Shown here one piece after another: positions 16,189 through 19,926 of a stretch of DNA of 19,926 nt. Position 1 is the first letter of the stretch. Every line of letters begins with the position of its first letter. The stretch spans positions 1 through 19,926 of the forward strand of contig JANRLX010000059.1 of NCBI GenBank assembly GCA_033762115.1, written 5' to 3'. Source of the stretch: Verrucomicrobiota bacterium. GTDB lineage: Bacteria; Verrucomicrobiota; Verrucomicrobiia; Limisphaerales; SXQI01. The notes under the pieces were generated by a model. The model was given only the letters and a program-made list of their open reading frames with translations. It ran no database searches and was not told the origin of the DNA. The translations under genes and the position numbers were made by a program.

Positions 16189-16857
16189 TCATCCCTTCTT
16201 CCGTTTGAAATCCCGCTCATTCAAACTCACATAACCTTTGGTGATCGCAAAGCGGGTGAGCCCTGCAATATGCCCGATTCCTGTCTTGGAAATGATCTTT
16301 TCACGATGCGTTTCCACCGTGCGGACACTCAAATTTAACTGGTCCGCAATCTGTTTGTTCGAGAGCCCGTCCGATAACAACCGCAACACGTCAATCTCCC
16401 GCCGCGTCAACTCATTCCGGGATGTCTGCTCCTCCTGGTCCAGTAAAAGTGGGGAAACGCTCGGGCTCAAAAAAGTCCCCCCTGCATGGATCGTTTCAAT
16501 CGCCTTGAGCAACTCCGCCGGAGAACAATCCTTCAGCACAAAACTTTTCGCCCCTGCTTTCATCAGATGCACAAGGTAATGCCGTTCATTATGGATCGTC
16601 AGCACCAGGACTTTTGTCTCCGGGCACTCCCGGCAAATCCTCTGGGTCGCCTGCACCCCGCTCATCTGTGGCATGTTGATATCCATCAACACCACATTCG
16701 GCCTGAACTGATGAACCATCCGCACGGCCTGCTCCCCATCCTCAGCTTCCGCAACAATCTGCAATCGCGGATAACTCCCAAGAGTCACACGCAATCCTTC
16801 CCGGACAACCGGGTGATCGTCCGCGATCAAAATGCCAATGGTGCCTTCAACGGTCAT
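16189..16857 (-). CDS. NarL/FixJ-family response regulator (REC plus LuxR-type HTH)
   Basis: ILIADDHPVVREGL, phosphoacceptor VLMDINMP, LVLT, GAKSFVLK; HTH LTRREIDVLRLLSDGLSNKQIADQLNLSVRTVETHR. Confidence 0.95.
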   Translation of the reverse strand: MTVEGTIGILIADDHPVVREGLRVTLGSYPRLQIVAEAEDGEQAVRMVHQFRPNVVLMDINMPQMSGVQATQRICRECPETKVLVLTIHNERHYLVHLMKAGAKSFVLKDCSPAELLKAIETIHAGGTFLSPSVSPLLLDQEEQTSRNELTRREIDVLRLLSDGLSNKQIADQLNLSVRTVETHREKIISKTGIGHIAGLTRFAITKGYVSLNERDFKRKKG

Positions 16858-16883
16858 GCGAACTAATCCTGCTGCTGATATTT

Positions 16884-16900
16884 AGCACTACTAATGCCAA
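16884..16900 (-). promoter_or_regulatory. Putative sigma54 -24/-12 promoter for the response regulator
   Basis: Minus strand reads TTGGCATTAGTAGTGCT (GG-N10-GC), ending 26 nt before the ATG. An AGGA Shine-Dalgarno-like sequence lies 9 nt before the ATG. Confidence 0.55.
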
Positions 16901-16978
16901 TTCCGTCAATAATGTTGCTCTTTTCCTTCCAAAATCTCCAGTTTAACCTTCTTTTCCCACCCCGCAACTACTTCACAA

Positions 16979-17009
16979 TTGCCACATGCAAATTGGCAGG
17001 TAACATGCG
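16979..17009 (+). promoter_or_regulatory. Putative eno promoter: sigma70-like TTGCCA-16-TAACAT overlapping a weaker sigma54-like GG-N10-GC
   Basis: TTGCCA 16979-84 and TAACAT 17001-06; TTGGCAGGTAACATGCG at 16993-17009. Confidence 0.45.
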
Positions 17010-17030
17010 CGGGCATTTGAGACTGATTAG

Positions 17031-18311
<1,281 letters not shown>

Positions 18312-18331
18312 TTCCAAAATCCTTTTCAATC

Positions 18332-18363
18332 AGGCGGGAGTCGCAAGGCTCTCGCCTTTTTTT
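18332..18363 (+). terminator. Rho-independent terminator after eno
   Basis: AGGCGGGAGTC-gcaa-GGCTCTCGCCT (11-bp stem with 2 G-U pairs, GNRA loop) followed by a T tract (7 T at 18357-18363). Confidence 0.9.
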
Positions 18364-18374
18364 ATCTCCTCTGA

Positions 18375-19926
18375 TCAATGTTTTATCGAAACCTGGTCCG
18401 TCTCAATCCAATCCTCCCGCAGCCAGTCCGCAAGAATCCCAATGCTGCTTTCCTCCAGGATATTTTCCTTCCCATAGGACGGCATCCGGTCATTTCGTTT
18501 CCCATAGAAACGATCATGCGCCGGGTCATTCAGGAAGGAAATCAGCCACGCCTTTGAACCATACCCTGTCAGGTCGGGAGCTGTCGCATCCTCATCTGCC
18601 TTCCCGAATTGATGGCACTCCGTGCAACGCATCATTTCACTCCCCATCAATTTCTTCCCTTCCTCCACCCTTTCGCGGTCATTTTCATCCAAACTTTCCT
18701 GCTTCGGGAGTCCTGCCTCCGCGGAAAGCGCCACAATGATCTTTTGCAAATCGACCTTCTCCCCAGCGCTAAACTTCGCAATGTCCCGCTTCACAAATCG
18801 CACCATCTTCCCCTCCTTGAACTTCGTTCCCCCATAATAATTCGTCGAATCCACCTCCGCCGGGTCGAGCAACCCGCTCAGCCATTCGCGCGAGCCAAAC
18901 CCCTTCAGGTCAGAAGCCGATTGCGGCTCGGACGAAACAAAGCCAAGCCCGTCATGCCCGCCGTAACGATGACAGCTTGCGCAATGCTTTGAAAACAGCA
19001 CCGGTCCCTGAAGATAAGGATCGCTCCGCACCATCCCAAGCGCCCCTGTCTGCGGTATCCCTTTCCGCGCCAGTTCCTTCGCCCGTTGCGCGACAGCCTG
19101 CGATTGCTTCACCGCCAGTTGATAATTCGGGTCCGCCTTGTCCTGCGCTATCGCCAGGTAAGTCAGCAATCCCGCTCCCGCCAGCAACGCGCACACAAAC
19201 CCGATATTGAACCGATGCCCCAACTTCCATTTCCCGAAAAACGGCATCAGGAAAATCAATCCCAGCACCAGGTTCGGCACCACAATCGCTCCCCAGATCT
19301 CTGTCTCGCCCGGGAAATATTTCAGAAATTGAAAAAGAAAGAGGAAATACCATTCCGGCCGCGCCGCCGAAAAAGCCTCCGAAGGATCAGCCGGGGCTCC
19401 CAGTTCAGCTCCCAGCGCCGCCGAAGGATTGCTCAATCTCGGCGCCACGATGAAGAACAGCACCGTCGCCAAAACCGACAGGCACGCCACTCCATCCATC
19501 AGCACCTGGTCCGGCCAGAATTTCGCGTCCGGCTTTCGATACGGCTTTTTCGCGGTGATCCCATGCTTCCGGAAAAGCGCAATATGCCCCACCAGCAGCA
19601 CCACGATCATCCCTGGCAGCACCCCGGCGTGCAGCGCAAAAAAACGGGACAATGTGTGATGCCCGTAGTCACTCCCCCCCACCATCAACTTCTGCAACAT
19701 CGGGCCAATCACCGGCGTGATTCCCGCGATGTTCGTTGTCACCTTCGTTGCCCAGTAACCTTTCTGGTCCCACGGCAGCAAATAGCCCGTCAATGACAAC
19801 GCCAGCACCAGGATCAGCAAAATCAGGCCAAACCAGAAATTCACCTCCCGCGGTGCCTTGTACGCCCCGTCAATGATCACCTGCATCAGATGCAGCGCCA
19901 GCAGCACCGTCATCAGCTGCGCCATG
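18375..19926 (-). CDS. Cytochrome b/b6 subunit of a Rieske/cytochrome b complex fused to a C-terminal diheme cytochrome c; 5' end lies outside the window
   Basis: GAYKAPREVNFWFG, LTGYLLPWDQKGYWA, helix D His pair FFALH...GH, FWPDQ and the Qo-site PEWY, then two CxxCH motifs (CASCH 18983-18969, CTECH 18626-18612) with candidate axial Met (GKMV, DRMP). The frame is open to the window edge, so the ATG at 19925 is internal. Confidence 0.92.
   Translation of the reverse strand, partial: MAQLMTVLLALHLMQVIIDGAYKAPREVNFWFGLILLILVLALSLTGYLLPWDQKGYWATKVTTNIAGITPVIGPMLQKLMVGGSDYGHHTLSRFFALHAGVLPGMIVVLLVGHIALFRKHGITAKKPYRKPDAKFWPDQVLMDGVACLSVLATVLFFIVAPRLSNPSAALGAELGAPADPSEAFSAARPEWYFLFLFQFLKYFPGETEIWGAIVVPNLVLGLIFLMPFFGKWKLGHRFNIGFVCALLAGAGLLTYLAIAQDKADPNYQLAVKQSQAVAQRAKELARKGIPQTGALGMVRSDPYLQGPVLFSKHCASCHRYGGHDGLGFVSSEPQSASDLKGFGSREWLSGLLDPAEVDSTNYYGGTKFKEGKMVRFVKRDIAKFSAGEKVDLQKIIVALSAEAGLPKQESLDENDRERVEEGKKLMGSEMMRCTECHQFGKADEDATAPDLTGYGSKAWLISFLNDPAHDRFYGKRNDRMPSYGKENILEESSIGILADWLREDWIETDQVSIKH

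Noticed and set aside
19086..19796. 236-aa Arg/His/Gln-rich plus-strand ORF
   Set aside because: Its composition is what the antisense of a hydrophobic membrane protein gene (cytochrome b) produces.

Overview
A gene-dense bacterial chromosomal window. Protein styles suggest Verrucomicrobiota (Pedosphaera/Limisphaera-like); this is an inference, not a database result. From left to right it holds: (1) a minus-strand, translationally coupled envelope operon of GldA-like ABC ATPase, GldF-like permease, GldG/GIFT-like protein, a four-repeat DUF4340 protein and a truncated AsmA-like protein that the ORF track missed; (2) a secreted serine hydrolase; (3) a cysteine-free LptD; (4) a pilin-like protein lacking the prepilin cleavage motif; (5) a 1524-aa modular secreted protein behind a strong sigma54-type promoter; (6) a DUF3299 gene coupled to an orphan N4/N6 DNA methyltransferase; (7) an orphan NarL/LuxR regulator; (8) enolase with an intrinsic terminator; (9) the 3' part of a cytochrome b/b6 fused to a diheme cytochrome c. 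I found no RNA genes, CRISPR arrays or mobile elements. The best candidates for undescribed biology are a strong Thr-Asn (TN) dipeptide enrichment in several exported proteins (a possible lineage-specific modification sequon), the modular surface protein with its possible C-terminal sorting domain, and the ABC-GIFT-DUF4340-AsmA operon near lptD. All counts were made by eye.
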